A stretch of 64,000 nt of DNA from Candidatus Bathyarchaeia archaeon. Its GTDB lineage: Archaea > Thermoproteota > Bathyarchaeia > Bathyarchaeales > Bathycorpusculaceae. The position numbers and the translations under genes are program-made. The number at the start of each line of letters is the position of its first letter. The first letter of the stretch is position 1. A model generated the notes under the pieces. That model saw nothing but the letters and a program-made list of their open reading frames with translations, ran no database searches and had not been told where the DNA came from. Positions 9,414 through 20,008 of the stretch are shown here, in pieces. The stretch is from NCBI GenBank assembly GCA_049516875.1, contig JBEKSS010000002.1, positions 32,001-96,000 on the forward strand. Direction: 5' to 3'.

Positions 9414-11306
9414 TTGTCCGAATTGAGCAGGGAGACAAAGAGGATTTCCGATGTGCTCAAGCTTGGAGCATCGTCACAGGTGTCCGATTATGAACGGCGG
9501 TTCTCGTCGCTTGAGAACCTTTACGATGGTCTTCTTTCGAACCTGACAAGAATGGAGTTTAGCCACAAGGAGGCGTATGCGACTGCAAGAGAATTTTTTA
9601 ACGGTTCCACGGTTCGTTTTGCAGGCATAGACGGCACAATGTATTCCAGGCCGCTTTTTGATATGGTGATATTCTTCGGAGGCGCTTATGCCTCAACGGG
9701 TACTGTGACTTTCAGAGAAAACGATGAGCCAATTGTCAAGTATGACGAAAAGACGATGCTGCAAAGAGCCGGCATATCGAGCGTTGTCCCAATCTACATC
9801 AACGAAGTAGTTGACCTGGATCAGGCTTTCTACGGGGATCAACCTTCGGAGGAAGTCAACCCGAACAGACCTTTCACGGATGAATCGATAATAGACAATG
9901 CAACAATTGCAAACTGGATAATGACTTTCTCAGAATATTACCTTGCCTACAAACTTGCCTCAGATGAAAGCAAAAACATGCGTATACTCCTTATGGACAG
10001 AAGTCTCTCAATCGAACGCGCAAGCCTTCTCTACGACACGTCAAAACACGAATTCTGGAAGACCAAAAGCAACATAAGAGGATACGAAATTGACGGAGAA
10101 CCCATCGACGAAAACGATTTGACCTTAGCCAGGCAACACGTGTGCAACCAAGTTTTGGGCTTGCCGCCGGCAAGAGCGGACTACCTCCTTCACGCGATAA
10201 TCAACTTGATTCAACGAAAGGGACCATTAACCCTGAAGCAGATCCTCAGTGAATTGGGCGTAGACGACGAGAGGAGAGCGAAAAGAGCCAAACGAAGTCT
10301 GAACAGCTCGGTTAAAAGAGGAATGCTGAAAGAGGAAAAGAACGAGAGTTATGTTCTTAACCCCAAATACGCCACAACCTGGGAACGCGTTAGAAAGCTT
10401 GTGACAAGCTTGGGCGACCAGTTCTTTTTTGCAGGATCAGACAAGGCGATGAAGATTGTGAAGGGCGGTGAAGAACATTGGTTGACAACCCTTGATGTCG
10501 CTTTTCTCACCCTTTTCACGTTGCACTTGCTGATGGAAGAGTGCTGGAAAAAGCACATCTTGCTGATAGGTATGACGAAGGACACGGCGGCAAGAGACTT
10601 CAAGCGCCAGTTGATCCCACTGCTGCACAACGAGGGATTGTTGAAAACTGCGGTTTCCCAGGAAGCTTTTGCTGCTCTGCCTAACACGGATAGAATGATA
10701 CTTCAGTCAACGAGCATTTTCAACCCGGAGAAAATCAAGCCTCCTTGGAGTCTCATCGAGTACGACTCTGCAGTTAGAACCATGGTTCCAGACAGGCAAA
10801 AAAGTCCGGCCTACGTTTCAGGCGCCATAAAGAATAGAATAACCCTTGAAAAAACGTTCCTCAAGACATACGTACAGCTAAGCCAGGCTAGGACGGACCC
10901 TATGCTGCGCAGCAACGTGCTTCTCATCGACCGCCTTGTCTATCCAGAACATGACTACAAGCATGAAAACGTTGTAAAACTCTGGAACGAATTCGGCGGC
11001 GCGACAGAACCCGTGGAGATCATGATTTTTAAAGACAAGAACGTGGTCAACAAGCTTCAAAATCTTGTCATGAACGTGCTGGTTGCCATGGCTCCTTCCA
11101 GCATCCCTGAAGCCTTCGGTCACAACAAACCGCTGTTCATCGCTGACAAGATTGCGAAATGGAATTACAGCCAGTTCAAATGTGTGGTGGACACAACGGC
11201 AAGCTGGATGCTGAACAACCATAAATTGAGAAAGTTCATATTCTATATGAGCACTTTCAGGGAAAGGAGGGCTTCAATTGAGTCCACAAGAAGAGAAAGC
11301 GTTTAA
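9414..11306 (+). CDS. nurA: NurA-family nuclease with an inserted winged-helix-like segment
   Basis: FAGIDGT, LLMDRSL, IGMTKD and GHNKPLFIADKIAK correspond to NurA motifs; LTLKQILSELG...LNSSVKRGML insert; adjacent to a HerA gene. Confidence 0.7.
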   Translation: MSELSRETKRISDVLKLGASSQVSDYERRFSSLENLYDGLLSNLTRMEFSHKEAYATAREFFNGSTVRFAGIDGTMYSRPLFDMVIFFGGAYASTGTVTFRENDEPIVKYDEKTMLQRAGISSVVPIYINEVVDLDQAFYGDQPSEEVNPNRPFTDESIIDNATIANWIMTFSEYYLAYKLASDESKNMRILLMDRSLSIERASLLYDTSKHEFWKTKSNIRGYEIDGEPIDENDLTLARQHVCNQVLGLPPARADYLLHAIINLIQRKGPLTLKQILSELGVDDERRAKRAKRSLNSSVKRGMLKEEKNESYVLNPKYATTWERVRKLVTSLGDQFFFAGSDKAMKIVKGGEEHWLTTLDVAFLTLFTLHLLMEECWKKHILLIGMTKDTAARDFKRQLIPLLHNEGLLKTAVSQEAFAALPNTDRMILQSTSIFNPEKIKPPWSLIEYDSAVRTMVPDRQKSPAYVSGAIKNRITLEKTFLKTYVQLSQARTDPMLRSNVLLIDRLVYPEHDYKHENVVKLWNEFGGATEPVEIMIFKDKNVVNKLQNLVMNVLVAMAPSSIPEAFGHNKPLFIADKIAKWNYSQFKCVVDTTASWMLNNHKLRKFIFYMSTFRERRASIESTRRESV

Positions 11307-13152
11307 CACCTCGTGCTTCACCGACTTTGACGGGAAATTCAACGCGAGGCTTGCTGCCGTTATTCCAAGATTCTTCGTCGGCGGCGGTGAAGAAACGAAG
11401 GTCGCAGGCACAAGTGCACGCTATCAGTGCCGCGTCAAGGTTGAATATCAAAAGGATCTGATGGGACTTTTAGAAGAGGGCATGTTGCTGGCTGTAAAAA
11501 ATTTCAAACACGTTGAGCTTGGCTCTGAAAGGTACACGCTAATGGAGGTCAGTCGCGTTTGGCCTGAACATTTCGGTCTGCGCGGCTTGTCCGACCACAG
11601 CTACTATCCTATGCAGTTTGAAATCATAGAACAGTCGGAAGGTGACTGGCAGACGGATGACACTTCTACTATGATGATTCAGATAGATGCTGTTCCAGTG
11701 AACTATGACTTGATTCTGAACAAGAACTGCGAATTCAAGTTCGTTAAAGGCTTTTCCTATCCGGTGGCAGGAAGCTCATGCTTTGTCTTGAACGGTAAAA
11801 TGATAAATCGCATGTACAACCAGAAAATTGCTGAAGAGTATGGAATAGACACATCTAAGACTGTGGAAGATGCTGGAATCGACCAAAGACTGGGCCTAAT
11901 CAAAATGTTTGAGGCAAGCAAGACTGCCATCCCAATATACGTTGACTTTGAAAAACTCGTTCGCTACCACTTTGGCGTCTTCGCCTTCACAGGCGGCGGC
12001 AAAAGCAACTTGATGTCAAACATCCTTCGCAGACTTCTTCTTCACACGGACAATACAAAAGTGGTCATCTTTGACATAAGCTGCGAATACATGTTTCTGC
12101 TACTTGACATGCTTGCAGACCCCAGAATCAACTCAAAAGTAATTCTTGAACACAAGATAGACTCCTTGGAACAGTTCTTCAACTCCGTTGTTAAGCCTAG
12201 AGAATACGAGACAGATGAGCGCACGAAAAAGGGACTGCAACGCATAATTGACCAGGGCAAACTTGCTTATTACACGAAGCCGCGACAGCAGATTCCAACT
12301 TACAGCCAATTCATGGAAGAGCTTGATGACCAAAGAGGAGGATCGCTGGACAAACCGCATTACATCAACGCCTTAGACAGAATATACGATGCTATTCGTG
12401 AATATGTCGAAGAGCAGGGTCTAAGCGAAAACCAGCATGTCACCGAGGACTTTGTCCATTACGTAGACCAGATTGCAAGTGAAACCGTCGAACAGTTCAA
12501 AGTCCACGACAAGAGCGGTTTGTACGCTTGGGCAACAACAAGAAAATCGATAATCGACATAATAGACAAAAGCCAAGAAAAGGAAACGGAAAGCACAAGT
12601 GGACTAACCGTTGAAAAGATCCGCGAAGTACTTGAAGACAAGAAAACTAACCTTGTCTGCATTTCAATTTCGGACCCCTACACCATAAAGGAACTTGCCA
12701 TAAACCTAACGCAGGACCTGCTTGTCCGTCGAAAACGTCGATTCACGGTGAAACCCTACATCCTATTAGTCTTTGATGAAGCGCAGGAATTCATCCCCAG
12801 TAACGCTGCAGGCATGGAAGCCAAATGCTCAGCTCACGTTGAAACCCTGCTCAGACAGGGCAGAAAATACGGCCTCGGCGTGTGCATAGCGACACAGCGC
12901 ATCGCCTACCTGAACACTAACGCGCTCCAACAGATCCACACTTACTTCGTGGGCACTTTGCCCCGTCCATACGACAGGCAGCTTGTCAGCGACACATTCA
13001 TGATAGACAAAGGGATACTGGAAAAAACCCTGGAATTCGCTCCAGGCGAATGGCTCCTCTCAAGCTACATAGCCACGGGCATGGAAAACGTTCCAATATT
13101 CATAAAGGCAGACAACGCTGAAAACGAAATAGAAAAGTACCTGAAGACATAG
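11278..13152 (+). CDS. herA: HerA/FtsK-family ATPase (DUF87)
   Basis: N-terminal HAS-barrel-like region, HFGVFAFTGGGKSN Walker A, VFDEAQEF Walker B, RQGRKYG arginine finger, ATQR. Confidence 0.85.
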   Translation: MSPQEEKAFNTSCFTDFDGKFNARLAAVIPRFFVGGGEETKVAGTSARYQCRVKVEYQKDLMGLLEEGMLLAVKNFKHVELGSERYTLMEVSRVWPEHFGLRGLSDHSYYPMQFEIIEQSEGDWQTDDTSTMMIQIDAVPVNYDLILNKNCEFKFVKGFSYPVAGSSCFVLNGKMINRMYNQKIAEEYGIDTSKTVEDAGIDQRLGLIKMFEASKTAIPIYVDFEKLVRYHFGVFAFTGGGKSNLMSNILRRLLLHTDNTKVVIFDISCEYMFLLLDMLADPRINSKVILEHKIDSLEQFFNSVVKPREYETDERTKKGLQRIIDQGKLAYYTKPRQQIPTYSQFMEELDDQRGGSLDKPHYINALDRIYDAIREYVEEQGLSENQHVTEDFVHYVDQIASETVEQFKVHDKSGLYAWATTRKSIIDIIDKSQEKETESTSGLTVEKIREVLEDKKTNLVCISISDPYTIKELAINLTQDLLVRRKRRFTVKPYILLVFDEAQEFIPSNAAGMEAKCSAHVETLLRQGRKYGLGVCIATQRIAYLNTNALQQIHTYFVGTLPRPYDRQLVSDTFMIDKGILEKTLEFAPGEWLLSSYIATGMENVPIFIKADNAENEIEKYLKT

Positions 13153-13205
13153 CAGGCTGCGCGAGCTGACTTATTTACCATCTATAGCCAATACAAGCAG
13201 ATCAT

Positions 13206-14003
13206 CTAATCTATAATCCTTTTTGCTCGGACGAGGATATACTGCTTGCAGGGTTTGAACCCCACTTTGCTGTACACTTGCACAGCCGGGGCGTTGTCGC
13301 TGAGCACATGAATCAATGCCGGCGGAGACCTCTTGAGAATCTCCTCTGCCAAAGCTGAAACTATGGACGTTGCAAAACCCCTGTTCCTGTACGCTTTGTC
13401 TGTCGCTATGGCTCCAACGTTGCTGCCGATGTCCACAAACCGAGTTAACCCGACCGAAACCAACTTGTTATCCTGTCTTATACCCAGCATGTAAGCGTCT
13501 TTCCAAGCCAACTTCTGCCGTTCAACATCAAGATCCCCCCAAACCTCAGGATCAACCCCCCGCATCACGTCAACAACCTCGCCAACATCTTCGACGCCCA
13601 GTTTCACTAGCGCGTGCTTTACCTGAAGGTTCTCTTCACCCTTCTTCAGACACATGAGAACCAGCACGTGCCTAAACCAAGGCCTGTACCTTCTAAGCAC
13701 AATTTCTTCACAATCAACAGGCGCCTGCAACTCCACTCTCTCAAAATCAACAGACTCAAGCAGCTGTTCAACCGCTTTACGACTTCCCCTCAACTGAACA
13801 ACGTCGTCGCGTCCCTGCGCCGTATATATCAGCATCGCACCCACAACTCTTCCATCTTCCATCGCCAGCAGAACCCTGGTCTGCTCTCTTCGACGGGTCC
13901 AGTCGAAAATGAAGAAATAGTAATTCAAAGGATCCTTGTTGACAACGTCCCAGAAAACCCGCTCAAAACCATCCTCGACCGAAACAACCCGCATAGCAGC
14001 CAC
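13206..14003 (-). CDS. GNAT acetyltransferase (FR47-like C-terminus)
   Basis: ATDKAYRNRGFA acetyl-CoA motif; NAPAVQVYSKVGF. Confidence 0.85.
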   Translation of the reverse strand: MAAMRVVSVEDGFERVFWDVVNKDPLNYYFFIFDWTRRREQTRVLLAMEDGRVVGAMLIYTAQGRDDVVQLRGSRKAVEQLLESVDFERVELQAPVDCEEIVLRRYRPWFRHVLVLMCLKKGEENLQVKHALVKLGVEDVGEVVDVMRGVDPEVWGDLDVERQKLAWKDAYMLGIRQDNKLVSVGLTRFVDIGSNVGAIATDKAYRNRGFATSIVSALAEEILKRSPPALIHVLSDNAPAVQVYSKVGFKPCKQYILVRAKRIID

Positions 14004-14055
14004 TTCAAATCTGTGACACTGTAAGAAGCAGAGGGAAAAAAAAGATTTAAGGTTT

Positions 14056-15051
14056 TTACGCTGCTGTCTTCGCCTGCGTTAACCCGCATTTTTTGAGTAG
14101 CCGCTGCCACTTCTCGTCGGTGCGCCTTTGAATCTCGTCAATCATCTTCTCGTTCTGCGGCGTGAACAAATGCCTAAACCGTCCCTGAACCTGCAGGTAC
14201 TCTCGCACAGGCTTCTTCTTCTGAGGAGCCAAAGCCATTACCTTGCTCGGTGTTGAGAGCTGATACTCACCGTTCACGGCTTCCCACAAGGGAAAAACGC
14301 ACGTTTCAACAGCCAAACGCGAAAGCTCAATCGACTTGCTAGGATCACTGCGCCAACCTCTGGGGCAAGGAGCAAACACGTGCAGGAACGCCGGCCCGTT
14401 CACCTCTATGCCCTTCCTAGCCTTCGTTATCAAATCCTTCCAATAGTACGGCGACGCTGTTGCAACGTGGGGCATGTCATGAGCCACCATAATGTCAGCA
14501 ATAGGCTTCTTCTGCTCCAACTTGCCAGGAACAACCTTGCCAGCCTGCGAAGTAGTCGTTGAGGCACCGTAGGGCGTGCCGCCGCTCCTCTGAATGCCCG
14601 TGTTCATGTACGCCTCATTATCGTAAAGCACGAACAGGAAATCATGTCCCCTCTCAACCGCCCCGGAAAGGGCCTGAATGCCAATATCGTACGTGCCACC
14701 GTCTCCAGCAAAAGCCACCACGTCAACCTGCTCATTCTTTATCCTGCCCTTCTTCTTCAGAATCTTCAAGGCCGCCTCGATTCCAGACGCGTTAGCTCCC
14801 GCAGTTTCGAAGGCTGTGTGCAGCCACGGTGTTGCCCAGGACGTGTAAGGATAGATCGTTGAGGCCACTTCCATGCAGCCTGTGGCTTCAGTGACTATCG
14901 TCGGTCCTCTTGTGGCCTTCATTATGAGCCTCAGCACAGTAGCCGGGGCGCAGCCTGCGCAGGCTCTGTGTCCAGACAAGAACAGTTCAGGTTTCTCAGC
15001 TATGTCCTTCGCAGTGAATTTTCCTTCCGAAATAGTACTCATCTTTTTCAC
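14056..15051 (-). CDS. porB: Pyruvate/2-ketoacid:ferredoxin oxidoreductase beta subunit
   Basis: GHRACAGC, GDGG TPP motif, DNEAYMNTGIQRS, PCPRGW. Confidence 0.93.
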   Translation of the reverse strand: MKKMSTISEGKFTAKDIAEKPELFLSGHRACAGCAPATVLRLIMKATRGPTIVTEATGCMEVASTIYPYTSWATPWLHTAFETAGANASGIEAALKILKKKGRIKNEQVDVVAFAGDGGTYDIGIQALSGAVERGHDFLFVLYDNEAYMNTGIQRSGGTPYGASTTTSQAGKVVPGKLEQKKPIADIMVAHDMPHVATASPYYWKDLITKARKGIEVNGPAFLHVFAPCPRGWRSDPSKSIELSRLAVETCVFPLWEAVNGEYQLSTPSKVMALAPQKKKPVREYLQVQGRFRHLFTPQNEKMIDEIQRRTDEKWQRLLKKCGLTQAKTAA

Positions 15052-16286
15052 TCCCTCAACCCAACGAATCGTACAAGACCATCAACCCGTTTAGCATGAA
15101 TTATCTTCTGCAAATCGTCATAGACCCTCCGTATCTGGCTCGGGCTCGTGTCTCTTCCGCCCAGACCGTGAATATAGTTCACGATGAAAGGACGTGCTGC
15201 TGCGTCGTAGAGCGCGTGGCGAACTTCATGGAATACTGCCCCGCCTCTGCCACCGAAACTCATGCTTCTCTCCATCACGGCCACGGCGTTCACCTTGCTG
15301 AGCGCCTTGATTATTGCTTCAGCTGGGAACGGTCTGTAGGTCCTGATCCTGAGCAGTCCGGCCTTAACGCCTTTTGTCCTCAACTCGTCGACAACCGTCT
15401 TCACGGTTCCGGCAGTCGAACCCAAGCATACGATGGCGACTTCGGCATCTTCCAGCGCATACTGTTCAAGCAAACCGTCTCCGTAGCGTCTGCCGCTCAT
15501 CTCGGCATATTCATCGTGTACTTGAGGAATTACTGCAAGCGCGTTTCGCATGGCTTCTTCCTGTTGCCGCTTGAACTCGAAATAATAGTTAGGCATCGCC
15601 ACGGGGCCCATCGTCATTGGATTCTCAGGATCAAGCTTGTAAGGCACCGTTTTGCCTTCGTGTGTAAGAACCACTGGAAACTGTCTTGTTTTGACAAACC
15701 TTTTGACAGCATCATCTGAAAGAACTTGTACATTCTCAAGCGTATGGCTTAACGTGAACCCGTCTAAACCCACTATCACCGGCAATTGAACATCCAAGTG
15801 CTCAGCAATCCTGAAAGCTTGAATAACTGAATCATAGACTTCCTGAGCGTTTTCACAGTAAATCTGTATCCAGCCACTATCCCGTTCAGCCATGGCGTCA
15901 GAATGGTCACCGTGAATGTTCAATGGTGCCGACAACGCCCGGTTTGCGATCGCCATCACTACGGGCGCCCTACAGCCAGAAGTGACGAAAAGCATTTCAT
16001 GCATCAACGCCAAGCCTGCAGAAGCCGAAGCAGTGAATACTCGTGCTCCCGTGGCTGAAGCTGCCAGGCAAGCAGCCATGGCACTGTGCTCGGACTCTGT
16101 GCAAACATACTCCGTTTCAACTTCACCGTTAGCCACATACTCGCTGAGCTTCTCAACGATTATCGTCTGCGGAGTTATCGGGTACGCCGCAACCACGTCA
16201 ACGTCACATTGCTTCACAGCTAAAGCAACAGCCTCGTCTCCGTTCAAACCCTGAATTTCCTGCTTAGCAACACTGTTCACTCTCAA
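15048..16286 (-). CDS. porA: Pyruvate/2-ketoacid:ferredoxin oxidoreductase alpha subunit
   Basis: AAYPITPQT, ESEHSA, NRALSAPLNIHGDHSD, GLGGRD. Confidence 0.93.
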   Translation of the reverse strand: MRVNSVAKQEIQGLNGDEAVALAVKQCDVDVVAAYPITPQTIIVEKLSEYVANGEVETEYVCTESEHSAMAACLAASATGARVFTASASAGLALMHEMLFVTSGCRAPVVMAIANRALSAPLNIHGDHSDAMAERDSGWIQIYCENAQEVYDSVIQAFRIAEHLDVQLPVIVGLDGFTLSHTLENVQVLSDDAVKRFVKTRQFPVVLTHEGKTVPYKLDPENPMTMGPVAMPNYYFEFKRQQEEAMRNALAVIPQVHDEYAEMSGRRYGDGLLEQYALEDAEVAIVCLGSTAGTVKTVVDELRTKGVKAGLLRIRTYRPFPAEAIIKALSKVNAVAVMERSMSFGGRGGAVFHEVRHALYDAAARPFIVNYIHGLGGRDTSPSQIRRVYDDLQKIIHAKRVDGLVRFVGLRE

Positions 16287-16296
16287 CAGCCTCCTC

Positions 16297-16569
16297 TCAC
16301 ATCTTCATTATAATCGCTTTTGCAGGGCATTCATTCGCGCAAATACCGCATCCCTTGCAAAAGTCCATATCGAACTCGATGTCTCCCTTCTCAGGTTTCC
16401 AGTGTATCGCACCATCTGGACAATAGATGGTGCATATCAAACACTTCGTGCACTTTGCAACGTCTCTCTCGGGTCTGAAGGTTTTCCAGTCGCCTGTCAA
16501 ATACGTGGCGCTGGATTTCCAGCAGACGCCCGCGGGTGAGGCTTCTTTCCAGCCTTTTTCTTTCGTCAT
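16297..16569 (-). CDS. porD: Oxidoreductase delta subunit (2x[4Fe-4S])
   Basis: TGDWKTFRP, CTKCLICTIYCP, CKGCGICANECP. Confidence 0.93.
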   Translation of the reverse strand: MTKEKGWKEASPAGVCWKSSATYLTGDWKTFRPERDVAKCTKCLICTIYCPDGAIHWKPEKGDIEFDMDFCKGCGICANECPAKAIIMKM

Positions 16570-17144
16570 TCAGATTTCACTCCTTGATAAGCCTCTTTCA
16601 CTACAGCGAAGTTCTTCGTCGCCACGTCTGCTTTGAAACGTTCACTTATCATTTTTTCGATAGTTTCCAAACTGACAATTCCTGTTACACGCGCCACAGC
16701 ACCCAGCATGGCTGTGTTCGTTATCGACATTCCCAATATCTTCAATGAGATGTCAGAAGCCTCCACAGTCCACACCTTGCCAGCGTTTGATTTCAGCTTT
16801 TTCCTAACCTCCACCGGATTCTCCTTGGTGTTGACTATGATGTTTCCCCGTTCCTCGTCCAAACCGTCGGCCACATTAACCGCCTTAAGCAATGTTGGGT
16901 CTAGAACAGCTACGACATCGGGGCTGTAAACAGCACAATGTGTCCTGATCGGCTCAGTGCTTATTCTCGTGAAGGCTGTGACCGGCGCCCCCATCCTTTC
17001 CGGGCCGAACTCCGGAAAAGACTGGATGTACTTTCCTTCGGCGATGGCGGCTCTTGCCAGAAGCTCGCTCGCGGTCCATGCTCCCTGGCCGCCTCTGCCG
17101 TGCCACCTTACCTCCAAGATTTTCTTCAACATGTTTCTCTCCAA
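16566..17144 (-). CDS. porG: Oxidoreductase gamma subunit
   Basis: EVRWHGRGGQG, FGPERMGAPV, NTAMLGA. Confidence 0.93.
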   Translation of the reverse strand: MERNMLKKILEVRWHGRGGQGAWTASELLARAAIAEGKYIQSFPEFGPERMGAPVTAFTRISTEPIRTHCAVYSPDVVAVLDPTLLKAVNVADGLDEERGNIIVNTKENPVEVRKKLKSNAGKVWTVEASDISLKILGMSITNTAMLGAVARVTGIVSLETIEKMISERFKADVATKNFAVVKEAYQGVKSE

Positions 17145-17475
17145 AGGTCTTTCACCATAATTGCAGAACCCAAGATATACACTTTACTAGGTTTTTTTTG
17201 CTTTTTCTAGGATATTTCTCATTTTCTCTTTGGGAACAACACGATGGCGCGGTTGAAAAAGACTTTAGGTCAGCTAGATGCATCAGCTCGGAATGAAGGT
17301 GACACGTAGAAAAGAGCGTGCGCTCATGTTGAGAAGAAACAGAAAAAGGGGGAGTTACGGGAGATGTCGCCACTTTCGTTGGAAATACACTTTTCTAGGC
17401 AAATATGACGAGAGAAAGGTTGGTCAAAAGCAAATCTTTAATTAAAAACATCGTTACTAATCATTCGGAGAGTCG

Positions 17476-18960
17476 GTGTGTTTGGAAGACAAGATAATCC
17501 TAACTGCCGACAGTACCCTGATGAGTGATTATCATCATAACGAGTTTCTGGGTTTCGGAACATGCGCTCCATCAAATTTCATCCCGGACTTCCTGTATGA
17601 ACAACTCTTCTTTCCAGCAATTAAAACAAAAAGTGGTGCACCAGTTGAAGCGCCTTACGGGCTGAGAAAAATAGAGGCTCAGCTCGTGAGAGAAGGTTTC
17701 AACGTTTCGACGGTGGCGCCAGACCATCTTAAATCATGCGTAAAAGAGGCGAAGGTGCTTGGCATTCACGTGATGGACCCTTTCGGTTTAGGTCCTGCAT
17801 CAAGCACGTTAGCAGCCATCATGAAGAAAGAACCGTTCTTGGCCAGACACTTTCGCGAGCTGCTGGGTTCTTCAGAAATCAGGGAGGCAAAGAAGCGGGG
17901 CTTGAAAATCATCGTGGGCGGTCCTGGTGTTTGGCAGATGCACTACAGGCCAAACTTCGTCAAGAATTATGGGATAGACTGTATAATTGAGGGAGAAGCT
18001 GAAAACGTCGTTGGAAAAATCTTCAAAGCAGCAATCAACGGTGCAGACCTTCCTGCTAGTTATGAGACAAGCGTTCAAGAGACGCCAAGCTTAGACGAGA
18101 TACCTGAAATCGTCGGGCCTTCTGTTAACGGTTTGGTAGAAATCGGGCGTGGATGTTGCCGAGGATGCAGCTTCTGCAGCGTGACTCTGAGGCCGCTTCG
18201 ATGGTTTCCGATTGAGAAAATACTCAAGGAGATAGAAGTGAACCTCACAGCCAACGTTGGAGGAGTAATCCTTCACACTGACGACGTCATGCTCTACGGC
18301 TCAAAGAACACTCTACCAGACGACGAGAAACTCTTCAAACTCAACGAAACAGTCCTGAAGAAATGCAACAGCATATCGTGGAGTCACTGTTCAATAGCAG
18401 CTGTAGCCTCAAAACCGAAACTCTTCGCGAAAGTGGCTGAGCTAGTCCGCCAGAAACAGCCTTGGTGGGGCGCCGAAATAGGACTGGAAACAGGTTCCCC
18501 AGAACTTGCCAAAAAAATCATGCCGGCAAAAGCTCACCCGTTCAAACCAGAAGACTGGCCTGAAGTCGTGCGGACCGGCATGGGACTGATGCACGATAAC
18601 ATGCTCGTTCCAGCCTTAACGCTCATTGTAGGAGTTCCAGAAGAAACGGAGAACGACTTAATAAAAACGATAGAACTAATGGATGACTTGAAAGCCTTCA
18701 GAAGCCTAATAGTTCCTCTGTTTTTCGTTCCGATGGGCAGGCTCAAGGACGAGGACTGGTTCAGAGACACACATATGACGAGGCTACATTATGAGCTGCT
18801 GACAAAGTGTGTGGAACACGACCTCTACTGGATGGGCAATTTGATAAGCATGGGCTTTTCCAGCAACTGGAGAGAACGCGTCATAAGCCCCTTCTACAGG
18901 CTCTTCGTGAGCATAACCAAGTACAAATTGAGACAGGCCGGCATCAACGTAAAGCTGTAA
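17476..18960 (+). CDS. B12-binding-domain radical SAM protein
   Basis: CCRGCSFC CxxxCxxC motif; APYGLRKIEA, IIVGGPG, GEAE, GLETGS. Confidence 0.87.
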   Translation: MCLEDKIILTADSTLMSDYHHNEFLGFGTCAPSNFIPDFLYEQLFFPAIKTKSGAPVEAPYGLRKIEAQLVREGFNVSTVAPDHLKSCVKEAKVLGIHVMDPFGLGPASSTLAAIMKKEPFLARHFRELLGSSEIREAKKRGLKIIVGGPGVWQMHYRPNFVKNYGIDCIIEGEAENVVGKIFKAAINGADLPASYETSVQETPSLDEIPEIVGPSVNGLVEIGRGCCRGCSFCSVTLRPLRWFPIEKILKEIEVNLTANVGGVILHTDDVMLYGSKNTLPDDEKLFKLNETVLKKCNSISWSHCSIAAVASKPKLFAKVAELVRQKQPWWGAEIGLETGSPELAKKIMPAKAHPFKPEDWPEVVRTGMGLMHDNMLVPALTLIVGVPEETENDLIKTIELMDDLKAFRSLIVPLFFVPMGRLKDEDWFRDTHMTRLHYELLTKCVEHDLYWMGNLISMGFSSNWRERVISPFYRLFVSITKYKLRQAGINVKL

Positions 18961-19013
18961 ATGACTAAACTTAAATACAGCCACAAAATTCAAAGCTTGT
19001 AAGTCTGAAAAGA

Positions 19014-19090
19014 GCCGCCGTAGCTCAGCTAGGTAGAGCGGCTGGCTGTTAACCAGTCGGTCATAGGTTCAAGTCCTATCGGCGGCGCCA
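19014..19090 (+). tRNA. tRNA-Asn(GTT), CCA encoded
   Basis: Acceptor GCCGCCG/CGGCGGC, anticodon loop CT-GTT-AA, T arm ATAGG-TTCAAGT-CCTAT, ends GCCA. Confidence 0.97.
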
Positions 19091-19639
19091 CACACAAACC
19101 GAGGACTACCGACCTTTTCGCCTTCCAACCCAACTTTTTCCTATCTTTTTCTAGCTCTGCAGAGAGGTTTATTTGAGGTTCCAACTAAACAAAACATCAT
19201 ACGACTCTGCCCCGTTTTCGCCTAGACCCCCTAGTTTTTTGCTTGCATGAAGCCTCCGACGTATCATAGTTTGTGGTATCAGAACCCTTAGACTATGCCG
19301 CGCGTCGGGTTTGTGCCTACGACGAAAGGTGATGTCACCCCAACCCCCTTTTTCCACCCAGAAAGGAATGGTCTGTGCATAGGTTGCTAAACATCAACCT
19401 ATTGAACTGTGGAGACCGCTGGGCGCGCGCTTCAATCGTCCTCATTCATTCTAGTCTACGATATTGTTTCATAATGGGACTACACGAGAATATCGGTCTG
19501 CCTAACGCTACGTAGACATAGCACAGCACTGAACGACAAGTAAATATCATAGATGTCGATTCGTGGTTAGTATACCTTATTATCAACTGGAACAAACACT
19601 TTAAATCTCAGCCGTTTGGAAAAGGGAAAGAGGGTCAAT

Positions 19640-20008
19640 ATGGACCAAGAAGGAAAGGAAGAATATACCGAATTCCTCAACCTCATAAAGATATTCATTT
19701 CCATGCTTAGCGAGAACGGTAAGTTGATTACGAAGATGGGAGAAATAGAGAAGAGATTTCCGAACGAATTCAAGATGATGAAAGAGTTCTCTCCGGAGAG
19801 ACTTGATGCTTTTGTGGAAAAAGCACCACCTGAGATTGCAGGCCTGTTCCTGAAAATAATGCTCAGGGCGGCGGCTATGGGGCCAAAGACTAGTAGAGCC
19901 ATGGAACTGCCGGCTGAAGAAAAACTCGAACTTGGGAAGCAGATAAACGAGCTCGTCAAAGATCTAGAAATCCTCTTGAAAAAAGTTGAAGAGGAGAGTA
20001 AGAAATGA
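19640..20008 (+). CDS. Hypothetical helical protein, first gene of the island operon
   Basis: ATG 19640 after TTTAAAT near 19600; E/K-rich helical sequence; ATGA overlap with the next gene. Confidence 0.75.
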   Translation: MDQEGKEEYTEFLNLIKIFISMLSENGKLITKMGEIEKRFPNEFKMMKEFSPERLDAFVEKAPPEIAGLFLKIMLRAAAMGPKTSRAMELPAEEKLELGKQINELVKDLEILLKKVEEESKK

